Below are positions 1 through 10,622 of a stretch of 64,000 nt of DNA, in pieces. The DNA lies in NCBI GenBank assembly GCA_048938105.1, contig JBHLMN010000016.1:64001-128000 (forward strand), in the 5' to 3' direction. The position numbers and the translations under genes were made by a program. This stretch comes from Promethearchaeota archaeon (GTDB taxonomy: Archaea > Asgardarchaeota > Heimdallarchaeia > Hodarchaeales > Hodarchaeaceae). The notes below the pieces were generated by a model. That model worked only from the letters and a program-made list of their open reading frames with translations, was not told the origin of the DNA and did not search any database. Each line of letters begins with the position of its first letter. Positions within the stretch are counted from its first letter, which is position 1.

Positions 1-175
1 CTACTTTTTCGATAACAATTCCACGCGCTTGAGGAGCTCCTTCCAAAGGGTCGAATTTTTCCTTCAAACGGAGTACTTTTCTTTTATATATTGTACTCTT
101 CCAACGAAACCTCTTTCGTTTCCGTAATAACTTGTTTGCGGCAAATTCTCCTCGTGGTGACTTTAATCCTGTCAT
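1..175 (-). CDS. rps12: 30S ribosomal protein uS12, 5' part (runs off window start)
   Basis: Manual translation from ATG at 175: [25 protein letters not shown]...[18 protein letters not shown], typical archaeal S12 N-terminus; lies downstream of nusA as expected. Confidence 0.95.
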   Translation of the reverse strand, partial: MTGLKSPRGEFAANKLLRKRKRFRWKSTIYKRKVLRLKEKFDPLEGAPQARGIVIEKV

Positions 176-316
176 ATTTCTTCGCCTAAATGAAATACTT
201 CCTTAAGTTGAATCATCAAACAGTTTAAACTGATCTCTGACATAATTAATGATCTCTGATTCTTGTTTCGATTTTATATAAGTAAAGTTTTGCATTGGAA
301 AACTGAATTTATTACA

Positions 317-757
317 CTAAGGAGAGCTTTGAATAATTACGTTATTGACTCCAAAGTGTCTTTTCATTAAAAGTCGTGATCTTTGGATATTTCTACCATT
401 TTTTCCTATTGCTTTACCCCTTTCTTTTGGAATGACTGTTACAACGACGGTTCTTTTTCCTGATTTTTCAATAATCTCTACATTCTTCGTTTTAGCAGGT
501 GCGAGTGTATTTGCAGCAAAAATCTCTAAATTTTCAGAATATTCGACAATATCAATTTGCTTATGGAAATGTTCACGAAGACGCCTAATGGTTGTACCTC
601 CACGACCTATTACTTTTCCTGTATCATTACGACGAACCACAAAAATCACTCTAGTTTCTGTTTTATCCCAAATACAATCAACAGCAAGCGCACCTGTAAG
701 ACCTTCAAGAATGGAAATAAAGCGAAGCTCCTCCTGAGACATGCGAATATTCGACAA
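317..757 (-). CDS. nusA: archaeal NusA (two KH domains)
   Basis: GKVIGRGG and GKAIGKNG KH GxxG motifs; position in the rpo1C-rpl30e-nusA-rps12 cluster. Confidence 0.95.
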   Translation of the reverse strand: MSNIRMSQEELRFISILEGLTGALAVDCIWDKTETRVIFVVRRNDTGKVIGRGGTTIRRLREHFHKQIDIVEYSENLEIFAANTLAPAKTKNVEIIEKSGKRTVVVTVIPKERGKAIGKNGRNIQRSRLLMKRHFGVNNVIIQSSP

Positions 758-771
758 TGAAAAACATCCTA

Positions 772-1071
772 TTAAAGATAGTCCAGTATTTTAGAATTTC
801 CTGGGTCTAAAATCGCTATTGTAGAAACCATGTGAGGACGTCCACATATAGCACCTAGGTCGAGACCTGTTTTCTCATATTTTATAATAGGTATCTGAGA
901 GAGTTCACAATTCCGTAATAAAATCTCTTTTGAATCTAATGGTAAGTTATTTGAAATAATTGTTGCTTTAACCTTACCGCTTAGAACACTTTTAATTGTG
1001 GCGTTATACCCTAATTTTACTTTTCCTGTACTTATAGCCATACTAATGGCTTTTTCCAACTCTTGTTTCAT
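772..1071 (-). CDS. rpl30e: 50S ribosomal protein eL30
   Basis: TGKVKLG...LGAICGRPH...ILDPGNSKIL signature; synteny. Confidence 0.96.
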   Translation of the reverse strand: MKQELEKAISMAISTGKVKLGYNATIKSVLSGKVKATIISNNLPLDSKEILLRNCELSQIPIIKYEKTGLDLGAICGRPHMVSTIAILDPGNSKILDYL

Positions 1072-1073
1072 GA

Positions 1074-3860
1074 TTATACATCTTTTATGCTTTTGTTATT
1101 ACGTTGATATCCAGACCACATGATGAGGTCAACCGTACCTGTCCCAAGGGGTATTATTTGGCCAATGATAACATTTTCAGTTATTCCACGAAGTTTATCT
1201 CGTTCACCTCGGGCAGCAGAATTCAATAAGTGTTTAACTGTTACCTCAAACGAGGCCCTTGCTAGGACACTTTCTTTCTCACCACTGATACCATGCCGTC
1301 CTATTTGACGTAAATTTCCATCTTGAGTCATAATATCCGCTACTAGCATTATATGGCGGATATCCACATCTAATCCTTGATCTTGTAACACTGCTGTAGC
1401 TTCATCGATTATAGCTTGTCTTGTAGCTTCAATTCCTAGGGTATCACGAATTTCCTGAATATGATTGGTTTTAATCCTTGTGGGATCCACACCAGGTATG
1501 CTTAAAACATCGGGAAGATTACTTCCCGCTGTAAAAAGAACCCACTCATCTAATTCCTGATCTTTTGATATGATGACTCGTGTAATCCCTTTCACCCCTT
1601 TTAATTTAAGATCCCTGATTTTTTCATTCAATTTATAGATGTCATCAATTGTTAGGTCTTTTGAGTCAATGATGATCTCATTATTCTTAATGTATACTTC
1701 CCCCTTTTTTAATCTTGATAGTTTTTCAACGATTAATTCAGCTGTCAAACCTTTATCTTTCATTAAAATGTCGTTTAATGTTACTTTTATTTGCATAAGT
1801 GCAAGATCTACTGTTATATCATCGCTTATTGATTCTATAGTAGATAATTCTATCCTTCGTTGAACTTCTTGAGCTTTTTCTTTTTCTTTTGAATAAGGTT
1901 CTTCAAGATAAACTGTCATAAAAGGAGAAGCAGGATTTTTTCGCGCGTCTAGAATCTCTATTAAGCGGGGTAAACCCAAGGTGACGTTTAATTCAGCAAC
2001 GCCTGCATAATGAAAGGTTTTCAAAGTATTGTGAGTAATTAATCCCTCAAATGTCATGAATGTCTCATATCCTTCTATAGTAAAATCATAAACAAATTCT
2101 GTTGGCGAAGATATTAATTCTAATTTTGTTATCTCGTCCCAGATGGTTCCACTATCATAAGCTTGGTGAAGAATTTGTAATTTCTCTTTCAACATTTCAT
2201 TTTCATCAGCAAACTTATAAAATTCTTCTAAGTATCTCCCAAGCGTTTGACGACCAATCAACTGATTTCTCGTATATTTTCTAATTGTTACACCCAAAGA
2301 AGATTTACTAGATATTCCTGACATCGATCTTAATTCTTTTAATAAATCTCCAAAACCTGGAATCATGTCTATTTTGTCATATGTGTGTTTTTCCATTTTC
2401 ATTTTTTCTTTTTCTTGGTCTACAAGATTGTTTAAGGATATAAGTTTGTGAGGAATGTCTGAACCAATAAATTTTTTAAAAATAGGCGAATATTTTCCAG
2501 GGATCCGAATAGAGAATAAACCTTTATTTGTCCTATGTTTAGATGCAAAAATCCCTAATCTAGATAATAACAGACACACACCATCTAATAATTCTTTAGA
2601 TTTAGAACTTACTCTGATTTGAGATTTCTCAACACTTATACTTCCATCACCATCAAAATAACCTCTTAATAGAGCGCCAATAAAGACTTTAGAAGTATTG
2701 ATACTCCAAAATGGGATATACTTATCTTTTGCTCCTTTTCCACACATCTTATCAAATAATCTACACAACAGAGTTGAATGTATATTTACACTTATACTAG
2801 GACCGTAATTTCCTTCCGATTCAACAGTTCGATAATTTATACCCAACTTATTTGCAAATAAAATAGCTTTCTCCCTGTAGTTTTCATCAACATTTGTTAT
2901 GGCTAAATAAGTTCCAGCATTGGTTCCTTCAGCTAGATAAGCTCCAATAAACCATCCAAAAAGGGGATCTAAAGGAAATTCTTCTGGGATCCTTGTGTGT
3001 CCACTATGTTGCATTTTAGGGTAAATAAAACCTGGTAGAAGTTTATCTCTTGCTCCTTTATCCAAAGCTTTTCGTAAAGCTTCACCTTTAACTGGCACTT
3101 TTGAAAAATCAATATGTTGTAACCAACTTCTACCCTTCAGATCACGCATTGTTGCGATTTGTGTAACTTCTGATCCATACCAAATTTCATTTTTTTCTAA
3201 ATACATATCTACTGGAAGACTTAGGATTGGATTAACTTCAGGTAAAGATTTGACAAGTGGAATACGATGACCAATACTCAGATATCTACCTGCTATTGGC
3301 ACAATTTCATTATCTCTACGAATTACAAATGAATGTGATAATGTTGCTGTTATTTCTCTCCCACTTCTGGTTGTTAGTTTTAGAAGTTGACCATTTGGTT
3401 TATGACGACTGACTTGTAACAATCTTTTCCAATGAATCTTTTCATCAAATCCAAGAGAAGGCACATATATGTTAGAACTTTCAGGGATATCACAGATAAT
3501 TGAGTTTTGATATTCATATGGTGATAATGTTGTAATCAACTCATCTACGAAATCACCTATCTCTATTATTCTTGAAATAGAATTTCTTTTCAAAATAACC
3601 TTTTCGTTCCCTGGGATACTCATTTGGGTTCCAGGTTCTCCTATTGATTGTGCTGCCACTGTTCCAATAGCTTCTCCTGGTTCGACAAGAGATCGTAAAT
3701 ATGCATCTTCAACAGAATCTAGAATTTTATTAACAGTTTGTTTACTTAAATTTGGTAGCTCTGATAGTTTACGAAAAATATCTTCTCGAATGCTTTTAGG
3801 GAAACTATCCTCTCTTTTATTGATTAGCTCAAAAAGCTTGTCATTTGACAGTTTTGGCAT
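1074..3860 (-). CDS. rpo1C: DNA-directed RNA polymerase subunit Rpo1C (A''), intein-containing precursor (928 aa; 397 aa after splicing)
   Basis: GTVAAQSIGEPGTQM / TLKTFHYAGV motif split by a 531-aa insert; C-terminal RASFE...GITENVIIGQ. Confidence 0.97.
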   Translation of the reverse strand: MPKLSNDKLFELINKREDSFPKSIREDIFRKLSELPNLSKQTVNKILDSVEDAYLRSLVEPGEAIGTVAAQSIGEPGTQMSIPGNEKVILKRNSISRIIEIGDFVDELITTLSPYEYQNSIICDIPESSNIYVPSLGFDEKIHWKRLLQVSRHKPNGQLLKLTTRSGREITATLSHSFVIRRDNEIVPIAGRYLSIGHRIPLVKSLPEVNPILSLPVDMYLEKNEIWYGSEVTQIATMRDLKGRSWLQHIDFSKVPVKGEALRKALDKGARDKLLPGFIYPKMQHSGHTRIPEEFPLDPLFGWFIGAYLAEGTNAGTYLAITNVDENYREKAILFANKLGINYRTVESEGNYGPSISVNIHSTLLCRLFDKMCGKGAKDKYIPFWSINTSKVFIGALLRGYFDGDGSISVEKSQIRVSSKSKELLDGVCLLLSRLGIFASKHRTNKGLFSIRIPGKYSPIFKKFIGSDIPHKLISLNNLVDQEKEKMKMEKHTYDKIDMIPGFGDLLKELRSMSGISSKSSLGVTIRKYTRNQLIGRQTLGRYLEEFYKFADENEMLKEKLQILHQAYDSGTIWDEITKLELISSPTEFVYDFTIEGYETFMTFEGLITHNTLKTFHYAGVAELNVTLGLPRLIEILDARKNPASPFMTVYLEEPYSKEKEKAQEVQRRIELSTIESISDDITVDLALMQIKVTLNDILMKDKGLTAELIVEKLSRLKKGEVYIKNNEIIIDSKDLTIDDIYKLNEKIRDLKLKGVKGITRVIISKDQELDEWVLFTAGSNLPDVLSIPGVDPTRIKTNHIQEIRDTLGIEATRQAIIDEATAVLQDQGLDVDIRHIMLVADIMTQDGNLRQIGRHGISGEKESVLARASFEVTVKHLLNSAARGERDKLRGITENVIIGQIIPLGTGTVDLIMWSGYQRNNKSIKDV
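2028..3620 (-). mobile_element. intein with LAGLIDADG homing endonuclease in rpo1C (aa 81-611)
   Basis: Starts SIPGNE (Ser1), block B ITATLSHSF (TxxH), two LAGLIDADG-like helices (FIGAYLAEG, LLRGYFDGDG), ends VYDFTIEGYETF...ITHN, followed by extein Thr+1. Confidence 0.95.
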
Positions 3861-3872
3861 ACTACAAAACCC

Positions 3873-6560
3873 TCAATCTTCTTCTGTTGAAAGAACTTCT
3901 TCTATAATGGCATCGATGTCAACTGGCCTACCATGGTACGATTTCATTGGATCCACTCCATCTTCTCCATATCGTAATTGAACTACATCTCCTTCCGTTG
4001 TTCGGACTATTATATCGTAATTGACATGGAGATCTTGTAAGGCATTCACCAATCGTCTTTGGAGATATCCACTGGTTGAGGTTCGAACTGCCGTATCTAC
4101 TAATCCCTCACGCCCTCCTTGAGCATGGAAGAAAAATTCAGTAGGAGAGAGCCCTGTTCTATAATTGGACCTTACAAAACCTCGTGCAACAGGTCCAATG
4201 TCATTCTTTCTGAAATGAGGTAAGGATCTTTTACGATAACCTCTCAATATCCTTTCTCCCCGAATTGATTGTTGCCCAACACATGCAGCCATTTGGGCAA
4301 TATTGAGTTGAGTTCCTTTAGCCCCAGTTGAAGCCATAACCACCGCAGAATTTGAAATTCCCATGTAATCGTTCGCTACGCTACCTGCACTATCCCTAGC
4401 TTTGGCCAGAACACTCATAATACGCATTTCTAGAGTTTCTTCTAGAGATTTACCTGGAAGTGGTTCCAGTTCTCCTCTTTGATAAGCCTTAATTATTTCG
4501 TTTGCTGCTTTTTCATTCTCCGTGATTAATGCATTTATCCTCTTCTTGCCTTCCTCTGGCATATTGACGTTAGAAAACCCTAAACTAAATCCTTCATGTG
4601 AAAGAAATTCTAAAAGCATTTGAGTCAGAGAATCCAAGAATTCCCTAGCCCTGTCACTTCCGTGGTCTTTAACAACAACATGTAAAACACTCTCAGACTC
4701 ATCTGCACCTATTGCTCTTCTATCAATGACTCCAGAAAGTAACTGACCTGATCTGATATAGATTGAGCTATCATATTCGCAGAGTTCTCCCTTACAAACA
4801 TCATGTTTTCGACAAGTTCGAGATTTTGCGGTAACATTGACATCTGAAGGTAATAATAAACTAAAAACTTGTTTTCCAGTCCATAATTCATTGGGGTACG
4901 CAATTGCGGGTAAAGGTAGTTCTCTTTCATATTTTCCTGCAAGTAAAAGCTGCCAAACATCTTCTTTTGAGATTAATGTTTTCTTTCGGGTGAGTAAAAA
5001 CGAAGCAGAAACATAATCATGAAGGGCTCCAATAATAGGGCCACCATATCTAGGAGAAAGAATCTGTTCTTGGACTCTCATTAAGACACGGGTTTCTGCA
5101 CGAGCCTCTTCACTTTGGGGTACATGAAGATTCATTTCATCTCCATCAAAATCAGCGTTATATGGTGTACACACACATAAATGTAATCTAAAGGTCTTGA
5201 AGGGCATGACTCTAACTTCATGAGCCATAATTGACATACGATGAAGAGATGGTTGTCTGTTAAAGAGAACCATATCACCATCACGTAAGTGACGTTCTAC
5301 AATGAAACCTTGATCAATCATCTCTGCGGTGTTATTTAGGTCTCCAACAAATCTTAAATCAATTCTTTTACCGTCTGGTCTGATTATATAATTAGATCCT
5401 GTTTTAGAAACTCCTGTTTTCTCATTTATTTCTGGATTAGGACCATTCATTACTAATTCTTTCATTTCCTCAATGTTCCATTCCGTTACTCTCTCGGGAA
5501 CAGTTAAAATTTTAGCTATTTGTTCAGGTACCCCTACTTCATTTATAGAAATGTTGGGATCAGGAGAAACTACTGTCCTTGCAGAGAAGTCTACTCTTTT
5601 TCCAGACAAATTTCCTCGAAAACGACCTTCTTTTCCTCTCAATCTTTGAGTGAGTGTTCTTAATGCACGACCTGATCTGTGTCTTGCTGGGGGAATTCCT
5701 GCGACTTCATTATCCATAAAAGTTGTGACATGATATTGTAAAAGCTCCCACAAATCTTCTACAATGAGCTGTGGAGCTCCGGCTTCAATATTTTCTCTTA
5801 ACCTTTGATTAATCCTGATTATATCTACTAGTTTGTGTGTTAGATCATCTTCACTTCGTACACCTGATTCTAATGTTATCGAAGCACGAACAGATACAGG
5901 AGGTACTGGTAACACAGATAATATCATCCATTCTGGACGAGAATGGTTTGCATCAATACCTAAGAGGTTTAAATCCTGTGTTTGAATTCCTTCAAATCGT
6001 TTTTGAATTTCTGAAGGTGTAATTCGGACGGATCCTTCAGGCGTTTCTTCATAAAAGCTGGTTGGTTTTTCATACTTTATTTTAAACTGAGATTGGCTGC
6101 AATGAGGGCATTCTGATTTTTTCCTGGCTTCTTTAACTACTTCCTTAATTATCTCAGAAGTGGTCTTAATATCTTCTTCTTGAGCTGCTTTCTCTATCAT
6201 TCGCTGGTATTTTTTTATAGTAAGTGAATCTAATAAAATTCGTGAACATGCTCTACATGATGACCGAAGTAGCTTGTAAATAATGGATTTGGCGTATCCA
6301 ACATGGATGACTGGTCTTGCTAGTTCTATCATGCCAAAGTGTCCTGGACAATCTCCAACTTGATTTCCACAGGTTTTACAACGCTGTCCAGGTTCAATTG
6401 TGCCAAGTCGACGATCTATCAATCCCCCCTCAATAGGTGTCCCATCTTCGTTATAAGTATCAGCAGTAATAATTTTAGTAACTGCGATTTTTCTAATTTC
6501 ATCTGGTGAAAGAATTCCAAATTGAATTTGGTTAATTTTTTTTAGCTCAGGCGTCCACAT
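3873..6560 (-). CDS. rpo1N: DNA-directed RNA polymerase subunit Rpo1N (A')
   Basis: Catalytic YNADFDGDEMN, zinc-binding CKTC...CPGHFG, GREGLVDTAVRT; ATG at 6560 preceded by GGGAG chosen over the TTG at 6578. Confidence 0.98.
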   Translation of the reverse strand: MWTPELKKINQIQFGILSPDEIRKIAVTKIITADTYNEDGTPIEGGLIDRRLGTIEPGQRCKTCGNQVGDCPGHFGMIELARPVIHVGYAKSIIYKLLRSSCRACSRILLDSLTIKKYQRMIEKAAQEEDIKTTSEIIKEVVKEARKKSECPHCSQSQFKIKYEKPTSFYEETPEGSVRITPSEIQKRFEGIQTQDLNLLGIDANHSRPEWMILSVLPVPPVSVRASITLESGVRSEDDLTHKLVDIIRINQRLRENIEAGAPQLIVEDLWELLQYHVTTFMDNEVAGIPPARHRSGRALRTLTQRLRGKEGRFRGNLSGKRVDFSARTVVSPDPNISINEVGVPEQIAKILTVPERVTEWNIEEMKELVMNGPNPEINEKTGVSKTGSNYIIRPDGKRIDLRFVGDLNNTAEMIDQGFIVERHLRDGDMVLFNRQPSLHRMSIMAHEVRVMPFKTFRLHLCVCTPYNADFDGDEMNLHVPQSEEARAETRVLMRVQEQILSPRYGGPIIGALHDYVSASFLLTRKKTLISKEDVWQLLLAGKYERELPLPAIAYPNELWTGKQVFSLLLPSDVNVTAKSRTCRKHDVCKGELCEYDSSIYIRSGQLLSGVIDRRAIGADESESVLHVVVKDHGSDRAREFLDSLTQMLLEFLSHEGFSLGFSNVNMPEEGKKRINALITENEKAANEIIKAYQRGELEPLPGKSLEETLEMRIMSVLAKARDSAGSVANDYMGISNSAVVMASTGAKGTQLNIAQMAACVGQQSIRGERILRGYRKRSLPHFRKNDIGPVARGFVRSNYRTGLSPTEFFFHAQGGREGLVDTAVRTSTSGYLQRRLVNALQDLHVNYDIIVRTTEGDVVQLRYGEDGVDPMKSYHGRPVDIDAIIEEVLSTEED

Positions 6561-7298
6561 CAGGTAGTCTCCCAGCAATATTCACAGCTAGAACATATTA
6601 CAGAATCTAGAGAAGATTAATGAGTTTTTCAGGAAAGGAATTGGCGAGGAATATGAGAATTGCTTAACTAAAGCGAATCACGAAAATGCTTATGTATTTT
6701 AACGCTAAAGGTTCCCGATTGAAATTGAGAGTTAGTGACTCAAAGGAAGGAAACAATGAGTTACTTATCTATCTTATGTCAACCATGTAACTTGATGAAA
6801 GCGTACTTAAAAGAAGAAGGCTGAATCAGATCTAAGATAAGCTGGTTAAACTTTTTAACCATGTTATAAATGTATTCGCTTTTAGGTGAGCTTTGTATTT
6901 GAATATTTTGGTTTAAAATTACCTGTAATCAATATAAATCCTTTTAATACGATATCAACAAATCTAATGGGTTCTATTCCTAAGATAAAAATTATAACTA
7001 ATCTCAAAATAATATTTTGAGATAAAATGGATGAGAATATTTTAGAAGAGACCATATAGAAACTAATTAGTTTTCTTTTTACAATTTTCTTCTCGTTCTA
7101 TCCCTCTCCAATTCTTTAGCTAGTCCAATTTTTCAATTATATCATTAGTATTTTCTCTCCCGACACTTTTAATGATATTGGGATTTTTTCTAGATTCTAA
7201 ATTAAATTAATATGGTATAATTACTGTCAAATAGATAATGTATTTATGTTCATATAAGATTATTTAGTTAAATATGACAGAATTAGGTGAAAGAATGA

Positions 7299-8315
7299 AT
7301 GCAGGTGATTCCGATTGCATCAGAATCTTTAGGAACTAGAGGACTTTCCTTATTTGTAATTTCTGAAGATCAAAGAATTTTAATTGACCCATCGGTTTCT
7401 CTTGCTCCCTTCCGAAATGGTTATCCCCCACACATTCAGGAGGTAGCAGCCTCTTATCTTTCTCGTCAATATATTATGAAATTTTGGGAACTTGCTACAA
7501 TTATTATTCAGACTCATTATCATGCGGATCACTATTCATTAGGCATGGATCGGCCATACGAGTTCACAAATCAAGTTATAGCTGACACATTGTATTCTCA
7601 TCCTAAAAAGAAGATATTAGCTAAAGATCCAGAAAGAAATATAAATTTTAATCAGAAAAAAAGGGCATTCTGGTTATGGAGACGTAATGGAGTACCTTTA
7701 TTTGTGGCAGACGGCAATACATTCATGTTTGGTCGAACTAAAATTGTTTTTTCAGAAGCTTTACCTCATGGAAAACTATATTCAAAACAAGGGTGGGTAG
7801 TTGCAGTTCATATTTCGGATTCCTATGATAGTGTCTTGATCAGTTCTGATGTTGTAGGTCCTGGTTCTGATTTAGCATTGAATTTTATCAATGAAAATCA
7901 AGCTGAGTTGATAATCATTGATGGGCCATCAACATATCATCCTAAACAAAGTACTGAAGATACGGTTCGAGCTTTTGAGCGATTGATGGCAGTAAATGAT
8001 ATAGATCACATGATCATTGATCATCATCTTTTACGAGATCCAGATTGGAAAACATTATTGAAAGATCATAGTTTTTCAAGAGAAATTACTCTCGCAAGTC
8101 TTTTAGATATACCACCGTTTTGTTTAGAAAATAAACGATCTCTACTATATAATCAAGCTCCCTTAGATTCTTCATTTCATTCTCGATTTCACTCACATGA
8201 TAAGGAAATTGTGATGAAGATTAGAAAGGTGGCAAAAACTCTTCCACATAAGCCTAAAATTGATAGTCTTTACAAAGAGGTTCTTGAAAGACGTAAAACT
8301 ATCAATTTCCAATAA
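7299..8315 (+). CDS. metallo-beta-lactamase-fold protein, UPF0282-like
   Basis: ASESLGTRG, LIDPSVSLAP, THYHADH, IIDGP and DHHLLRD motifs typical of archaeal UPF0282. Confidence 0.8.
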   Translation: MQVIPIASESLGTRGLSLFVISEDQRILIDPSVSLAPFRNGYPPHIQEVAASYLSRQYIMKFWELATIIIQTHYHADHYSLGMDRPYEFTNQVIADTLYSHPKKKILAKDPERNINFNQKKRAFWLWRRNGVPLFVADGNTFMFGRTKIVFSEALPHGKLYSKQGWVVAVHISDSYDSVLISSDVVGPGSDLALNFINENQAELIIIDGPSTYHPKQSTEDTVRAFERLMAVNDIDHMIIDHHLLRDPDWKTLLKDHSFSREITLASLLDIPPFCLENKRSLLYNQAPLDSSFHSRFHSHDKEIVMKIRKVAKTLPHKPKIDSLYKEVLERRKTINFQ

Positions 8316-8457
8316 TTTCAACTAAATAACTTAAATTAATTACCACCAACCGAGGGCTTCCTATGGATTTTTTAGATCCATAAGTGTTTTATAAACAGGA
8401 GAAAGAAAAAGAAATTTTGTTTCAGAAACGAGTGTGCTCTTAGATTACCAATAATTC

Positions 8458-9975
8458 CTAAATGACTAATTTAGTTAAAGCATTTTTAACAAAAATGTAG
8501 GTAACAAGAAATAAAACAAATTTTGATAATCTAAAGATTTCTTTCCAAGGGATTACACCAATTTTTTCAAATTTTTTATTATTAACTCTCTTAATTGGTA
8601 AAATACTAATTACAAGGGCCATAACAAAATAAATCAACTCATATACATAATTATTCATTACTATGGACGATTGAGTAAATGAATGGTTTAACATATTTGA
8701 AACAAGGAGAAAAAATGGACTAGCTCCTGCAATAAAAGCTAATGAAATTAATGCAAGCACTTGGACAATGTTACCATGTAATTTTGCTGCTTCGAGTCGG
8801 GAAATACCTTTATTCAACAAATCATTAGTCTTATTTAATTCTTCGGTAATTGTTAATAATTTCTTACCAGCAATGAGAGTATCAATCATGGAAAATTTTT
8901 TTATCAACAAGATAAGATGCAAGATTCTTTCAGGAAAAAATTCTGCTAAGAAAGTTGGATTTATATCATTTTCTTCTGATATTCCTAGCCTAAATTGAGC
9001 ATATTTTTCTAATTTCTTAGTGGAATAGTCTTGCTGTGAACGATTTAGAATAATATTTAAAGCATTATTTAAGCTTTTATCGAACGAATTTCCCCTTAAC
9101 AGGTTCTCTGAAAGAATGACCAAAAGCTCTAAGGATTTTTTGTCATGAGATAGAAAAATCTGATTATTTTGGGAAAATAGTGTAAGGTGTCTTTCTGGGT
9201 GGATGAAAAATGATCCAATCACTATACTGATGATGATTAAAAGTCCGAAAAAGACACTCATGTTCCCAGAGATCAATAAAAAACATAAAATAACTGGAGG
9301 GCTTAAAAATATGATTCCAGATGATAATGAGGCCCAAGAGTCAATTTTATCAGTTTCTTCTGTTATTTGTTCGGAAATTCTGCTAAGAATCCTGTTTTTT
9401 GAAAGAAGAGCAATATTTTTGCCATTTTCCCAAATATCCAAAATATAAAGAAAAAGCGTCTGTATGTTCCCATGGAGATATTTTTTCATTTGAGTTTTTA
9501 AGGAAAATTCAAGGGGATTTCCGAAATGTGTTAAAATCATAGCTTTTTCGAATATCTTTGAGAATACGGGATAATTACTCAAGATAATAAATTTTGTTGA
9601 TTCTTTTAGGGAAGAAGATGTATCTAATATTACTAATAGCTCATTGATAACAAAATATCCTATTGTTTCAATGGATGTACAATATTCTTTAAATTGAAGA
9701 AAAATTATGTAATTAAATAGCCTTAAAGATACAATAATTAATACGAGCTCGATTATAATAACTTCAAGGAAAATATTCTTCATTATAAATATTTGAAATC
9801 CTACGAAAAAAAGAGATAAAGTGAAAAACGCAAAGGTAATCCAGAAAATATCTTTTTTACTTATTATATACTTTGACTCAAAATAATCCCCGAAATTATA
9901 GTGATTGAAGAAATCAAAATTCCCAAATAGTATAGAATGGAAATATTTCAATGTAATACCAATTTTCCTTGGCAT
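8458..9975 (-). CDS. polytopic membrane protein, divergent TadB/TadC (T2SS-F)-like platform protein
   Basis: Two repeats of a cytoplasmic helical domain (GNPLEFSLK, GNSFDKSLN), each followed by TM helices; divergent from a secretion ATPase. Confidence 0.55.
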   Translation of the reverse strand: MPRKIGITLKYFHSILFGNFDFFNHYNFGDYFESKYIISKKDIFWITFAFFTLSLFFVGFQIFIMKNIFLEVIIIELVLIIVSLRLFNYIIFLQFKEYCTSIETIGYFVINELLVILDTSSSLKESTKFIILSNYPVFSKIFEKAMILTHFGNPLEFSLKTQMKKYLHGNIQTLFLYILDIWENGKNIALLSKNRILSRISEQITEETDKIDSWASLSSGIIFLSPPVILCFLLISGNMSVFFGLLIIISIVIGSFFIHPERHLTLFSQNNQIFLSHDKKSLELLVILSENLLRGNSFDKSLNNALNIILNRSQQDYSTKKLEKYAQFRLGISEENDINPTFLAEFFPERILHLILLIKKFSMIDTLIAGKKLLTITEELNKTNDLLNKGISRLEAAKLHGNIVQVLALISLAFIAGASPFFLLVSNMLNHSFTQSSIVMNNYVYELIYFVMALVISILPIKRVNNKKFEKIGVIPWKEIFRLSKFVLFLVTYIFVKNALTKLVI

Positions 9976-10266
9976 ACCTCTACACCAATATTTTAGGAGA
10001 TTCCTTAATTTTAAACGATGAAAATAATAAACACAATTGAATTTTCAAACATTAAATCATCATAATGATTCACCTTCCTTTATTTAAACCCGAGAATCCT
10101 AAAAGAAAAAATCCGATCTAATTTGGATTAAATCTTCACAGTCGTAACATACTTTACGTGCTAAAACAAAGTAGATCAATTCAATCTTTACTTCTCTGTA
10201 TTTATTTCAATTTAGTTTGACTTGTGATAAACTTGGGTTATTTTAATTTCATATACAAAATCAATT

Positions 10267-10590
10267 TTGGTAATAGAATTGACTGTCCTTCAAACACATA
10301 AAACTGTCATTGAAACTACCTGTCCGATTTGTGGAAAGAATGAATCAATACTAGTAACTGCATCTGAATTGAATATTGCAAGAGAACAACATTCTCTTAT
10401 CACTAAAGCATTGACTCACTTAAAAGAAGGCCATATTCTTACTCTTTATATTGACGGGCAAGGAATTGTCCGAAGAAAATATTGTTTTGATATTGCAGAA
10501 CATAAAGCTAATTCTTTTAAAGGATCTCTTCCTAAAAAATTGAATTTAATTTTTGATCAAATGATTCAGGAGTCGAAGAAACAAAAATAA
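10267..10590 (+). CDS. small putative zinc-binding protein
   Basis: CPIC motif plus H..GH.LTLYIDGQG.VR segment; upstream of and co-oriented with the ATPase. Confidence 0.6.
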   Translation: MVIELTVLQTHKTVIETTCPICGKNESILVTASELNIAREQHSLITKALTHLKEGHILTLYIDGQGIVRRKYCFDIAEHKANSFKGSLPKKLNLIFDQMIQESKKQK

Positions 10591-10622
10591 AACCAAATAT
10601 TTTCTTTTAATGGAGCGAAAAA

